Assembly: GCA_964637525.1 (NCBI GenBank)
Contig: CAZWUG010000002.1
Coordinates: 1 to 41,052 of the forward strand
Direction: 5' to 3'
DNA: 41,052 nt
DNA from: an uncultured Gammaproteobacteria bacterium
GTDB lineage: Bacteria; Patescibacteriota; Microgenomatia; UBA12405
Shown here: piece after piece, positions 26,446 through 35,516 of the stretch
Numbering within the stretch: the stretch's first letter is position 1
How the letters are laid out: every line of letters starts with the position of its first letter
Translations under genes and position numbers: made by a program
Notes under the pieces: generated by a model
What the model saw: the letters and a program-made list of their open reading frames with translations, nothing else
The model's database searches: none
What the model was told of the DNA's origin: nothing

Positions 26446-26509
26446 TCAAACGTATTCTTATTTCAAAATTTGATAAATTTTTATCTCACTTTAACGTATA
26501 ATTAATTTA

Positions 26510-26785
26510 ATGTCTTCTTCAGCTCAAAAAGATAACTTTACTACTATTAAAACCATTATCGAACGTCAAATAATTAATGTCTTGGATTTTCTTTTTACTG
26601 ATAATCAAATTAATGAAATTGAAGTTGTTCAAGTTTCCCGTTATGTCTTAAAAAATATTGATTCTACTGAATCTATCACTAATCTTTTCAAACAAGTCCG
26701 TCAATTCGTCAATCAATATCCGCTTTTCAAAGATAATCTTTCCCAAACCATTACTGCCTTAAATAAATCCTATGTCAGCCGATAG
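26510..26785 (+). CDS. Hypothetical small protein (91 aa)
   Basis: ATG ORF whose 3' end overlaps the start of the giant gene by 14 nt. No recognisable motif. Confidence 0.5.
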   Translation: MSSSAQKDNFTTIKTIIERQIINVLDFLFTDNQINEIEVVQVSRYVLKNIDSTESITNLFKQVRQFVNQYPLFKDNLSQTITALNKSYVSR

Positions 26786-29700
26786 CATCACTGATATCAA
26801 ACCACCAGCCTCAGAAGTTACTAAACCAAAGACTGAAATTAAAAACAAACCATCGCCTTCATCTGAACATAAATCCACAACTTCAGAACAATTATCTGCT
26901 TTAAGAAAAAAGATTGAGAATATTTTCACTAGAAGAGAATCATCTAACCAGCCACCTTCACAAACTCTTAAAGAATTAGCCGCCACAGAAATTCCCCAAG
27001 ATACCCAAAAACAAGCAGAACCAACCACTGATCAAACTCCGGAAAATAATCCTTCGTCTCCTCAAGAAACTTCACCAGTCAAAAATTCCCAACCAGAAAA
27101 ATCCCCGGAACCAAAACCAATTATTCCTGATACCACCCAACAAGATCAAGCTGAAATCACTCAATTAACTCAAGCTATTCAAGATCTCAAAGAAGAACCA
27201 ACCCCTCAAAACACGGAAACCACTCCGGAAACCCCACCCCCTCAGCTTTTCCCCGACAGGCCCAGTCTTTATGAACAACATCATCAAGCATACGACCGGG
27301 AAAAAAGAACTATTATAGGTGCTTTGGAGCGGTCTGCTCATATCCGGCAACTCAAAAAAGAAGGCATTAAAGATAACACCAAAAAAATCTATGACCAGCT
27401 TCGCTCCAGAGGCTTTTCGGGACACAGTATTATTTGGGGCCTTCACGATTCATCCAAAGAAAAACATATTTATGGGCATAAACCAATGACCTCAGAAGAA
27501 ATAAACCAAGTTTGGCTAGAAACCCCTAAGATCATTGACAGACTCTATTCAGTCAACTACTACTACGACTCCTATCAACCTGACTTCGATTTTCTGTCTC
27601 GCCAAAAACAGATTTTATCTCTAACTGACCAACGGTTTCAGGAAAAACGTCAACAAATCCAACCTCTCTTTTTTTTAGACATATCATCTACACTTAAATT
27701 TTTATCAAATGAAACCAATGATCCCAAAATTGATACTTTCATTACTTACCTTACTTCAGATTTTTTAAACGGGCAAAATAACTCCAAAGATAGCTTTAAT
27801 TCTATACAATATAGTGTCGGTAATATATTAACCCCAACCACCTATAATAATTACAATAATGAATTCGATAACTTTATTAGACTCGCAATTTCGTCAGACC
27901 TTAATCCAGGTCAACCAATTAAAATTCCGGAAGAATTAATTCCCCAGCAAGCAAGGGATTTATTCAATAATGAAAAAGGCGTTGTTCTCTTAACTAGCCT
28001 TCCAGACAGACAACAGCAACGATTTTTAATAGAAAATTACCAAAAGAATCATTCTTCTTACACTCACGATCGCGGTGGAAGAGCATTTTTCAAAGATGGA
28101 ATTCCAACTATTGAATTTTATCGTGAATTTTTATTTTCTACAGAAAACCAGGGCAAAAAGATAACTATACCAGCAAAAACTCTTGCTCTAACCAATGACC
28201 CTAACAAAAGAGCATTCTATCAAAATGTTTCTAATTTAGACAATCCTGAGTTTCAAAAAGTTTGTTTTTTTAACGGATCAGATCCCTACGCTCAATATTT
28301 TTCTGAAACTGGCCAACCAAATGTAAACTTGTTTATCAACTATTATAGAAATAATAAGACTCGAATATTTAACGGTGAGCTACCACACATTTCCGACGAA
28401 CAGTGTTCAAAGTTATCACCAGAAGATCAAAGTAAGCTCAAAATAACTGAATATATTTTTAGTCTGGATCAAAAACTTGGAATGACAGAAAATAGTTTAT
28501 CCTATTTCCTAAGTGACAGCACTTATCCTTTAGAGGCTTTTTTTGATTCAAATAATCAACCAAACTCATTATTCTTTAAAACAATATTTGGTAATTATAG
28601 AGGCTTACTTCTCAATGAAGACCAAACACAATATATTCTTGACATTATTTCAGAAAAGATTAAGACTTTTTCTGACGATGAAAAAGCTCTTTGGAATAAT
28701 ATACTTTCTTTACAAGATATTAATAATAATATTTTAAATTTTATTTTTAAAAAAAGAGACAGTGATCTCACCACACCGTCATATTTTAATAGCGATGGCA
28801 CCCCAAAGGTAGACCTTTTTAAGGATTTAATAAATAATGATACTATTTTGACTCCAGGCTTTCTCCCTAAAAATCTTACTCCAAACGTAATTGCTAATTT
28901 CAATGAAGATACACAACCACTCTGGAAATGTATCTTATTATTGAAAAATCCCGATCAATATATATTAAAAACTATTATTAGTAATAGTGATTTTCATCAA
29001 TGGTTTAACCAAGATAAATTCCCTTCTAGCGCATTATTAATGGATTTATCAGCCGGAAATCTTTTAACACCAGATTTTTTCTACGCTAATTTTACACCAG
29101 ATGTATTAGAATCTTTTCCTCCGGAACAGAAAAGTTTCTGGTTAAATATTTTATCTCTAAAATTTCTCGATAAAAACACGCTTCAATATTTTTCTTCATC
29201 CGAATTTTTTAATAAATATAAAGAATACTCTGATAAAGACACTTCCTTAATATCAAAATTACTTCAAGACGCAATTAGTCATGGTGCCCCAAAAGAATTT
29301 ATTGATGCCAACCTCACGACAGAACTAATAAACAGTCTATCTGATTCGGACCCAAATAAAATAGTTTTTCCATTAATATTAAGTATAGACGATCAAGATA
29401 ATCGAAGGATTGTAGCTCAAAATAGTGAAATTATTGCAAAAGTCTTTAGGTTATCCCCCAACCCACAAGAAACCCTTAATCAATATCTATCAGTTTTTAA
29501 ACAAATAGAAAACTCTCCATCAAAAGAAATACAAAAAATTCGGAGTCAACTCTCAAGAGAAATTATTATTAGTTCTAACCCCCTAGAAACCTACCAAAAA
29601 ATCTCCAATATTTTTATTAAAAATAATTTACCGATGGTAGGTAAGATATACCGAGTTTTTCATACCATTTACCCATCAGAAAAAATCAATGAAATGTTAA

Positions 29701-31352
29701 AAAGTAATAAAAATCTTAGTCGTGTTCTCATCTCAAATCAATCTCCTCACTTGCGTCAAAGCATTATCTTTGACGATCTTCTTAAGGTCAACCTTGGTTC
29801 TAGAGAAACTAGTTTAGTCAATTACCTTAATTTATTTCAATCGAGTTCTCCTCTACTAGAAAAAGCTAAATCAGGAAAACCTCTTAATCAAAATGAAACA
29901 AATCAACTTTCTATCTTCTTCAAAAAACTTAATACCCTCTACGATTATTCCCTACTAAGTCGCCTTCAGCCAACAAAAACACTAGATACTTTTACTCTCC
30001 AATCAAGAATTGATCAACTTTATCAAAAATATAAAGTTGCAGAAGGTCAAACTATTTCCGACCGTGTTGCTCAAATGTATTTGTCTGGTTTAGGGCTTAA
30101 ATCAATCTCTGAAGCTCTTAATTACATTACACAAACACAAGAATCAGCTCATCAAAGAAACCTGTCTAGAACCAATTTTTCCTTAGCTCAAGGGGATTTA
30201 GTTAAAACAATTAGCTCTAATAATTTGGATAATATTCTAAACTTTGGCTGTGTCGCTCGTGAATATCTTGGCGCAGACGCCGATAGTGATTCTACACCAT
30301 TCGATACTGATGCCATTAGAGCAGATTCAAATTACACCGCTCAAGAAATTTCTTCAGTCGGCTTAGATAATTATGGCGACCTTTTCATTATTGTTAAAAA
30401 TCGTGGTCAATTTCAAAACACTACTGATATAGAAAATCCAAAATATGATCCAACTAAATTAGAAGTTTTTAGCAGCGGAGTTAGAGGCCAAAATCATTAT
30501 GGTGTCAGAACCGGTCTACCCTCATCAGAAATTGACTTCTTAGTTGCTACTGATACTTCCCCCCAAAGATTAGCTAATATCTATTTTCAAATCTCCAGTC
30601 ATGGAGTTTATATTCCAGTCCTTGATCCAAACGGGAATATCCTATTCACCCCAAAAGATTTTCAAGAATATCAAATCAATCCCGAATCAGTAAGTCAACC
30701 ATTATTAGAAACCGACTTTCAACCCACAGAATTAATTAATTCTCTCAAAAAAGTCCCATACCTTAAAAAAATTTACGAGATGGACTCCGGTGTTTTTGAA
30801 GGCTATACAGTAGAAAAGCATACTCAAATGGTTATGGGTCAATTTGAAAAATACTTTTCAAAAGGATATCAATCAAATGTCTTAAATATTGAAGAATTTC
30901 GATTCCTTCTCTCACTCCATGACATTGGCAAAGGAGAAGCGGTTTCGACTACAGGATCTACTACAGAACAACATTTTTATACCCAAAAAATCGCAAAAAA
31001 TATCTTTAATCAAACAGGAACCTCAGAAAAATCAACTGATATTATGGTTAGTTTAATTGATCAAGACATACTTGGTGATTATTTTAAAGGAAATACTTCA
31101 ATTGAGTTAGCCTCAAAAAGTATATCTAATTTATCTGATAAATTAGATATACCCATTATAGATTTAATGGAGACTCTAAAGATGTTTTACATATGTGATG
31201 CTGGAGCTTATACCTCAAATGCTGGCGGTAAAGCAAGTTTAGATCATTTATTCCAATTTAACCCTGAGCAAGGGGAAGCTTCTTTTTCAGATGACATAGA
31301 AAGTATGTATCAGAAACTGATTAAAAGTTTACCATCCAATAAAACACCTTAA
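26772..31352 (+). CDS. Giant (1526 aa) hypothetical protein: disordered P/T/Q/E-rich N-terminus, tandem 70-80-aa repeats, C-terminal HD-domain phosphohydrolase
   Basis: Uninterrupted ORF. The first 170 aa or so are low-complexity and there is no signal peptide. HD motif: EKHTQMV (His codon 30819-30821) ... LSLHDIGKGE (HD codons 30918-30923) ... FYICDAGAY. Confidence 0.8.
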   Translation: MSADSITDIKPPASEVTKPKTEIKNKPSPSSEHKSTTSEQLSALRKKIENIFTRRESSNQPPSQTLKELAATEIPQDTQKQAEPTTDQTPENNPSSPQETSPVKNSQPEKSPEPKPIIPDTTQQDQAEITQLTQAIQDLKEEPTPQNTETTPETPPPQLFPDRPSLYEQHHQAYDREKRTIIGALERSAHIRQLKKEGIKDNTKKIYDQLRSRGFSGHSIIWGLHDSSKEKHIYGHKPMTSEEINQVWLETPKIIDRLYSVNYYYDSYQPDFDFLSRQKQILSLTDQRFQEKRQQIQPLFFLDISSTLKFLSNETNDPKIDTFITYLTSDFLNGQNNSKDSFNSIQYSVGNILTPTTYNNYNNEFDNFIRLAISSDLNPGQPIKIPEELIPQQARDLFNNEKGVVLLTSLPDRQQQRFLIENYQKNHSSYTHDRGGRAFFKDGIPTIEFYREFLFSTENQGKKITIPAKTLALTNDPNKRAFYQNVSNLDNPEFQKVCFFNGSDPYAQYFSETGQPNVNLFINYYRNNKTRIFNGELPHISDEQCSKLSPEDQSKLKITEYIFSLDQKLGMTENSLSYFLSDSTYPLEAFFDSNNQPNSLFFKTIFGNYRGLLLNEDQTQYILDIISEKIKTFSDDEKALWNNILSLQDINNNILNFIFKKRDSDLTTPSYFNSDGTPKVDLFKDLINNDTILTPGFLPKNLTPNVIANFNEDTQPLWKCILLLKNPDQYILKTIISNSDFHQWFNQDKFPSSALLMDLSAGNLLTPDFFYANFTPDVLESFPPEQKSFWLNILSLKFLDKNTLQYFSSSEFFNKYKEYSDKDTSLISKLLQDAISHGAPKEFIDANLTTELINSLSDSDPNKIVFPLILSIDDQDNRRIVAQNSEIIAKVFRLSPNPQETLNQYLSVFKQIENSPSKEIQKIRSQLSREIIISSNPLETYQKISNIFIKNNLPMVGKIYRVFHTIYPSEKINEMLKSNKNLSRVLISNQSPHLRQSIIFDDLLKVNLGSRETSLVNYLNLFQSSSPLLEKAKSGKPLNQNETNQLSIFFKKLNTLYDYSLLSRLQPTKTLDTFTLQSRIDQLYQKYKVAEGQTISDRVAQMYLSGLGLKSISEALNYITQTQESAHQRNLSRTNFSLAQGDLVKTISSNNLDNILNFGCVAREYLGADADSDSTPFDTDAIRADSNYTAQEISSVGLDNYGDLFIIVKNRGQFQNTTDIENPKYDPTKLEVFSSGVRGQNHYGVRTGLPSSEIDFLVATDTSPQRLANIYFQISSHGVYIPVLDPNGNILFTPKDFQEYQINPESVSQPLLETDFQPTELINSLKKVPYLKKIYEMDSGVFEGYTVEKHTQMVMGQFEKYFSKGYQSNVLNIEEFRFLLSLHDIGKGEAVSTTGSTTEQHFYTQKIAKNIFNQTGTSEKSTDIMVSLIDQDILGDYFKGNTSIELASKSISNLSDKLDIPIIDLMETLKMFYICDAGAYTSNAGGKASLDHLFQFNPEQGEASFSDDIESMYQKLIKSLPSNKTP
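28086..29410 (+). repeat. Five to six degenerate tandem protein repeats (about 68-81 aa each) inside the giant ORF
   Basis: Repeat heads: FFKDGIPTIEFYREFL (aa 439), YFSETGQPNVNLFINYY (509), FFDSNNQPNSLFFKTIF (590), YFNSDGTPKVDLFKDLI (671), WFNQDKFPSSALLMDLS (744), FFNKYKEYSDKDTSLISKLL (812). Each is followed by a (L/F)TP..F....(L/F)TP.V...F....Q..W..IL.L segment. Confidence 0.75.
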
Positions 31353-31453
31353 ATTTCAGTGTATAATACCCTCAACTCATGATTTTCTTTAACTCAAAAA
31401 TAATTATTATTAAATAGCCGCGACTCTGCTTTGCAGAAGACCGTGGCATATCA

Positions 31454-31481
31454 AAATCCTTCAATTCGAAGGATTTTTTTT
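31454..31481 (+). terminator. Rho-independent terminator downstream of the giant gene
   Basis: 9-bp stem AAATCCTTC / GAAGGATTT with loop AATTC, followed by a T-run (31477-31481). It is preceded by a second GC-rich hairpin at 31417-31447. Confidence 0.7.
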
Positions 31482-31493
31482 GTAAAATAAGCT

Positions 31494-34298
31494 ATGTCTA
31501 AATTTAAAAATCTTCCTCAAAATGTTAGTTTTATTAATCTCGAAGAAGAAACCATAAAATTTTGGAAAGACAATAAAATTTTTGAAAAGTCTGTCGAATC
31601 AAGACCAGAAGATCAGGCTTACAGTTTTTACGACGGCCCTCCATTTATTACCGGTATGCCTCACCATGGTCATTTACTTTCCAGTATCGCCAAAGACGTC
31701 ATTCCCCGTTATTGGACTATGAAAGGTAAGCGCGTCCGCCGTGTTTGGGGGTGGGATTGCCATGGCCTTCCGGCTGAAAACAAAGTCGAAGAACAACTTG
31801 GTCTCAAAAATAAAAAAGATATTGAAACTATTGGAATCAAAAAATATATTGATGCTTGTTACGATTATGTCCAAAACGTTTCGCAGGAATGGCCTTGGTA
31901 TATCGATCATGTTGGCCGTTGGGTCGATTTAGAACACGCCTACAAAACCATGGACTTAAATTATATGGAAAGTGTCATGTGGGTTTTTTCTCAAATTTAT
32001 AAAAAAGATTTAATCTACAAAGGTAACCGCATTTCTTTATACTGCCCTCGTTGTTCTACTCCTCTTTCCAATTTTGAAATTGCCATGGACAATTCTTACA
32101 AAGATGTCGAAGATCCGGCCGTTTCCATTAAATTTAAACTGAAAGACCGTAACACTTATATCCTGGCCTGGACTACCACCCCCTGGACTCTTCCGGGAAA
32201 TCTTGCCTTAGCTGTCAACAAAGACGAACTTTATACCGAAATTTCGGTAAATAATCAAAATTTAATTTTAGCCAAAGCCAGAATTGAAACTGTTTTATCC
32301 GGTCAAAATTATAAAACTGTCAAAGAATTTAAAGGTGAAGAATTATTAGGCTTGTCTTACCAACCGCTTTACCAATTCTTCGAAACAGGGGACAGTGACT
32401 ACAAAATTTACCATGCCGATTTTGTTTCTATGACCGATGGTACCGGTATCGTTCACATCGCTCCGGGCTTTGGTGAAGATGACGCCAAGCTGGGTAAAGA
32501 AAATAAGTTATCTATTATTTCTCATGTCGATGATGAAGGAAAAATAATCGATAAAGTTACTCCATTTGCCGGTCTCTTTGTCAAAAAAGCCGATCCGTTA
32601 GTTATCGAAGATTTAAAAGACAGAAATTTACTTTTCAAAAAAGATTTAATTACTCACAGTTATCCTTTTTGTTATCGTTGTGGCACTCCACTAATCTACA
32701 AATCTCAAATCGCTTGGTATCTTAATGTCCAAAAAGTTAAAGACCAAATGCGGTTTACTAATCAAAAAATTAATTGGGTCCCGGAACACATCAAAAATGG
32801 CCGATTTGGCCAGGGAATTGAAACTGCCCCTGATTGGTGTTTATCCCGTTCTCGTTTTTGGGCTTCACCAATTCCTGTTTGGGAATGCGATTGTGGCCAA
32901 AGATTTGTTCCATCAAGCATTGCCGAGCTAGAGGCTAAATCCAGCCAAAAAGTTACCAATCTTCACAAACCTGATATAGATGAAATTACTATCACTTGTG
33001 ATAAATGTGGCAAAAAAGTTCATCGTGTTCCCGAAGTTTTGGATTGTTGGTTTGAATCAGGCTCTATGCCTTACGCTCAACTCCACTATCCTTTTGAAAA
33101 TAAAGAATTTTTTACCAAAAGTTTTCCGTCTGATTATATCGTCGAATATATTGGCCAAACTCGTGGGTGGTTTTATACTCTTCACGTTTTATCCAACACT
33201 CTTTTTCAATCAGAAAGTTTCAAAAACTGTGTTGTTACCGGTACGCTTATGGGTACTGACGGCCGCAAAATGAGTAAACTTTTCAAAAATTATCCTGACC
33301 CAAAAATGGTACTTCAAAAATATGGTGGCGATGCTATGCGACTTTATCTTATGAGTAGTGTCATTATGATTGGAGAAAATATCAATCTTGATGAAAAAGA
33401 ATTTGATAATCAAGTCAAAAATATTTTACTTCCACTTTGGAATTCATTCAAATATTTTCTGACCTATGCCAACTTACACCAGTGGTCTCCATCAGACAAA
33501 AACATCAGCCACAGTCCACTTGATCTTTGGATCCAAAATCAAACTAATGCCCTGACAGCCAATATTAGTAAACAGCTAGAATCATACAATGTACCCAATG
33601 CTACCAGACTAATTGAACCTTTTGTCAACGATCTTTCTCGCTGGTACATCCGTCAATCTCGTGATCAATTTGTCAATGGTGACATTAATGCTCTTCAAAC
33701 TCTTTGGCAAGTATTAGTTCAATTCAGCCTAACTGTTGCCCCGATTATCCCTTTTATCACCGAATATTTTTGGCAAAAATTAGTTGTCGATATCGACTCT
33801 GCTAAACCAGAATCCATCCATCTGGAATATTATCCAAAAGCTGAACAGTTTGATGACAAAATCGCCGCTGATATGACTTTAGTTCAACAAATCTGCGAGC
33901 AGGGTAACATGATCCGGAAAACTCAGCAAATCAGCACTCGCCAGCCCTTAGCCAAGTTAATCATTTCTTCAAATCAAAAAATTGACTTATCTGATCATCT
34001 TTTGGAAATCATTAAAACCGAAATTAATGTAAAAACAGTTGACATAATTTCCTCAAAAGATAACTTAGTTGTCACTCTAGATACTGATATCACTCGGGAA
34101 TTAAAAGAAGAAGGTGATGCTCGTGATTTAATCCGATCCATCCAAAGTTTACGCAAAGAAGCCAATTTGGATCTCAAAGATAAAATTAAAGTCTTTGCTC
34201 CAACTTGGCCACAAAATTTTGAAACTGAAATTAAATCTAAAACTTTAGCAGAAAGCATAGAAAAATCGGATCAACTCAAAGTAGCCAAAATCGGCTAA
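31494..34298 (+). CDS. ileS: Isoleucine--tRNA ligase (eukaryote-like type 2 signature)
   Basis: FYDGPPFITGMPHHGHLL (HIGH), GWDCHGLP, a CP1 editing region, and KMSKLFKNYPDP (KMSKS followed by NYPDP as in type-2 IleRS). 934 aa. Confidence 0.95.
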   Translation: MSKFKNLPQNVSFINLEEETIKFWKDNKIFEKSVESRPEDQAYSFYDGPPFITGMPHHGHLLSSIAKDVIPRYWTMKGKRVRRVWGWDCHGLPAENKVEEQLGLKNKKDIETIGIKKYIDACYDYVQNVSQEWPWYIDHVGRWVDLEHAYKTMDLNYMESVMWVFSQIYKKDLIYKGNRISLYCPRCSTPLSNFEIAMDNSYKDVEDPAVSIKFKLKDRNTYILAWTTTPWTLPGNLALAVNKDELYTEISVNNQNLILAKARIETVLSGQNYKTVKEFKGEELLGLSYQPLYQFFETGDSDYKIYHADFVSMTDGTGIVHIAPGFGEDDAKLGKENKLSIISHVDDEGKIIDKVTPFAGLFVKKADPLVIEDLKDRNLLFKKDLITHSYPFCYRCGTPLIYKSQIAWYLNVQKVKDQMRFTNQKINWVPEHIKNGRFGQGIETAPDWCLSRSRFWASPIPVWECDCGQRFVPSSIAELEAKSSQKVTNLHKPDIDEITITCDKCGKKVHRVPEVLDCWFESGSMPYAQLHYPFENKEFFTKSFPSDYIVEYIGQTRGWFYTLHVLSNTLFQSESFKNCVVTGTLMGTDGRKMSKLFKNYPDPKMVLQKYGGDAMRLYLMSSVIMIGENINLDEKEFDNQVKNILLPLWNSFKYFLTYANLHQWSPSDKNISHSPLDLWIQNQTNALTANISKQLESYNVPNATRLIEPFVNDLSRWYIRQSRDQFVNGDINALQTLWQVLVQFSLTVAPIIPFITEYFWQKLVVDIDSAKPESIHLEYYPKAEQFDDKIAADMTLVQQICEQGNMIRKTQQISTRQPLAKLIISSNQKIDLSDHLLEIIKTEINVKTVDIISSKDNLVVTLDTDITRELKEEGDARDLIRSIQSLRKEANLDLKDKIKVFAPTWPQNFETEIKSKTLAESIEKSDQLKVAKIG

Positions 34299-34307
34299 AA
34301 TTTAATC

Positions 34308-35306
34308 ATGTCCAAAACACCTTGGTTGCCAGTATTAATTAGCCTGATCTTTCTCTTCTCAATAAATATTCTCATGGTTAGTTCAGTTGCTCCGGACTCA
34401 ATTATAAAACAAATTATTGCTTGGATAGTAGGCGTTATTTTCTTTTTTATTGGCCGTTTTATCAATCCCAAACAAATTGCCTCATCGAAATGGTTTATTT
34501 TCATTGGCTCATGCATTTTATTATTAATTCCAATTATTCTAAACAATAATACCCGCGGCTCTCGTCGTTGGATTGATTTAGGCTTTACCTCTATCCAACC
34601 ATCAGAAGTAGTCAAACCTTGGTTGATGTTATTTTTAGCCAACACTGAATACCCCTTACTTCAAGCAATACCTGTTGCCATAATCATACTTCAACCAGAT
34701 TTAGGCAGTGCTCTTTCTGTTCTCTTTTTGCTTACACCTATAATTATATATAACAAAAAACTAATCCGGCTCTCTCTGGTAATTGGATTAATTCTTATTA
34801 CATCTTCTCCTTTGATATACAAATTTATCCTTCATGATTACCAAAAAGAAAGAATTATAAATTTTATTAATCCTTCACACGACCCCCTCGACAAAGGATA
34901 TAACGTCATTCAATCAAAAATAGCTATTGGTTCAGGTGGTTTTTGGGGTAAAGGTTATAAGAAAGGAACACAAGGACAACTTCTATTTTTACCCGAAAAA
35001 CACACTGATTTTATGTTTGCTGCCACTGCCGAAGAACTCGGCACTATCGGAATATTCATTATTCTTGTTTGTTACTACTTTCTAATAAAAACTCTTTTTG
35101 TCAAAGCCTTTATGTCTACCAACAACCGCGTTTTATTTCTGTTTACATTAGGTATCGCCATCCAAATTTGGATGCAAGCCTTTGTCAATATCGGTATGAA
35201 TATTGGTATTCTGCCTGTCACCGGTATTCCTCTGCCATTTCTCTCCGTCGGCGGTTCATCCATTATGACATTACTATTTTCTATTGGAATTATCTATTCT
35301 TCTTAA
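34308..35306 (+). CDS. rodA: SEDS-family protein RodA/FtsW paralogue
   Basis: Polytopic protein with RRWIDLGFTSIQPSEVVKP, TDFMFAATAEELGTIG and PVTGIPLPFLSVGGSS motifs. It is the second SEDS gene and lies outside the dcw cluster. Confidence 0.85.
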   Translation: MSKTPWLPVLISLIFLFSINILMVSSVAPDSIIKQIIAWIVGVIFFFIGRFINPKQIASSKWFIFIGSCILLLIPIILNNNTRGSRRWIDLGFTSIQPSEVVKPWLMLFLANTEYPLLQAIPVAIIILQPDLGSALSVLFLLTPIIIYNKKLIRLSLVIGLILITSSPLIYKFILHDYQKERIINFINPSHDPLDKGYNVIQSKIAIGSGGFWGKGYKKGTQGQLLFLPEKHTDFMFAATAEELGTIGIFIILVCYYFLIKTLFVKAFMSTNNRVLFLFTLGIAIQIWMQAFVNIGMNIGILPVTGIPLPFLSVGGSSIMTLLFSIGIIYSS

Positions 35307-35333
35307 ATTATTTTTTACGAAGTATAATAATTT

Positions 35334-35516
35334 ATGAAACAAATTAAAAATCCACTTTTAAATTACGAAAATAAATGGGTTGCCATGGCTACTGATTATT
35401 CAAAAGTTATCGAATCTGCCAATAAACCAGAGGAACTCGAAAAAAAATTGATCAAGCAAAAAATTAAAAACGTCGTTTTATTAAAAGTCAGCCCATTTAA
35501 ATACTTTTCTCCTTAA
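35334..35516 (+). CDS. Small DUF5678-like protein (60 aa)
   Basis: YENKWVAMATDYSKVIESANKPEELEKKL resembles the ...GKWVAI.dgkVv..gd..eEl... pattern of DUF5678-type small proteins (recalled from memory). TAATG overlap with the downstream gene. Confidence 0.45.
   Translation: MKQIKNPLLNYENKWVAMATDYSKVIESANKPEELEKKLIKQKIKNVVLLKVSPFKYFSP

Noticed and set aside
31417-31447. GC-rich hairpin (GCCGCG..TCTGC-TTT-GCAGA..CGTGGC) upstream of ileS, considered as part of an ileS T-box or attenuator
   Set aside because: No T-box sequence (GGGTGGNACCG), specifier context or antiterminator alternative is present. Together with the following hairpin and T-run it is best read as a tandem terminator of the upstream giant gene.
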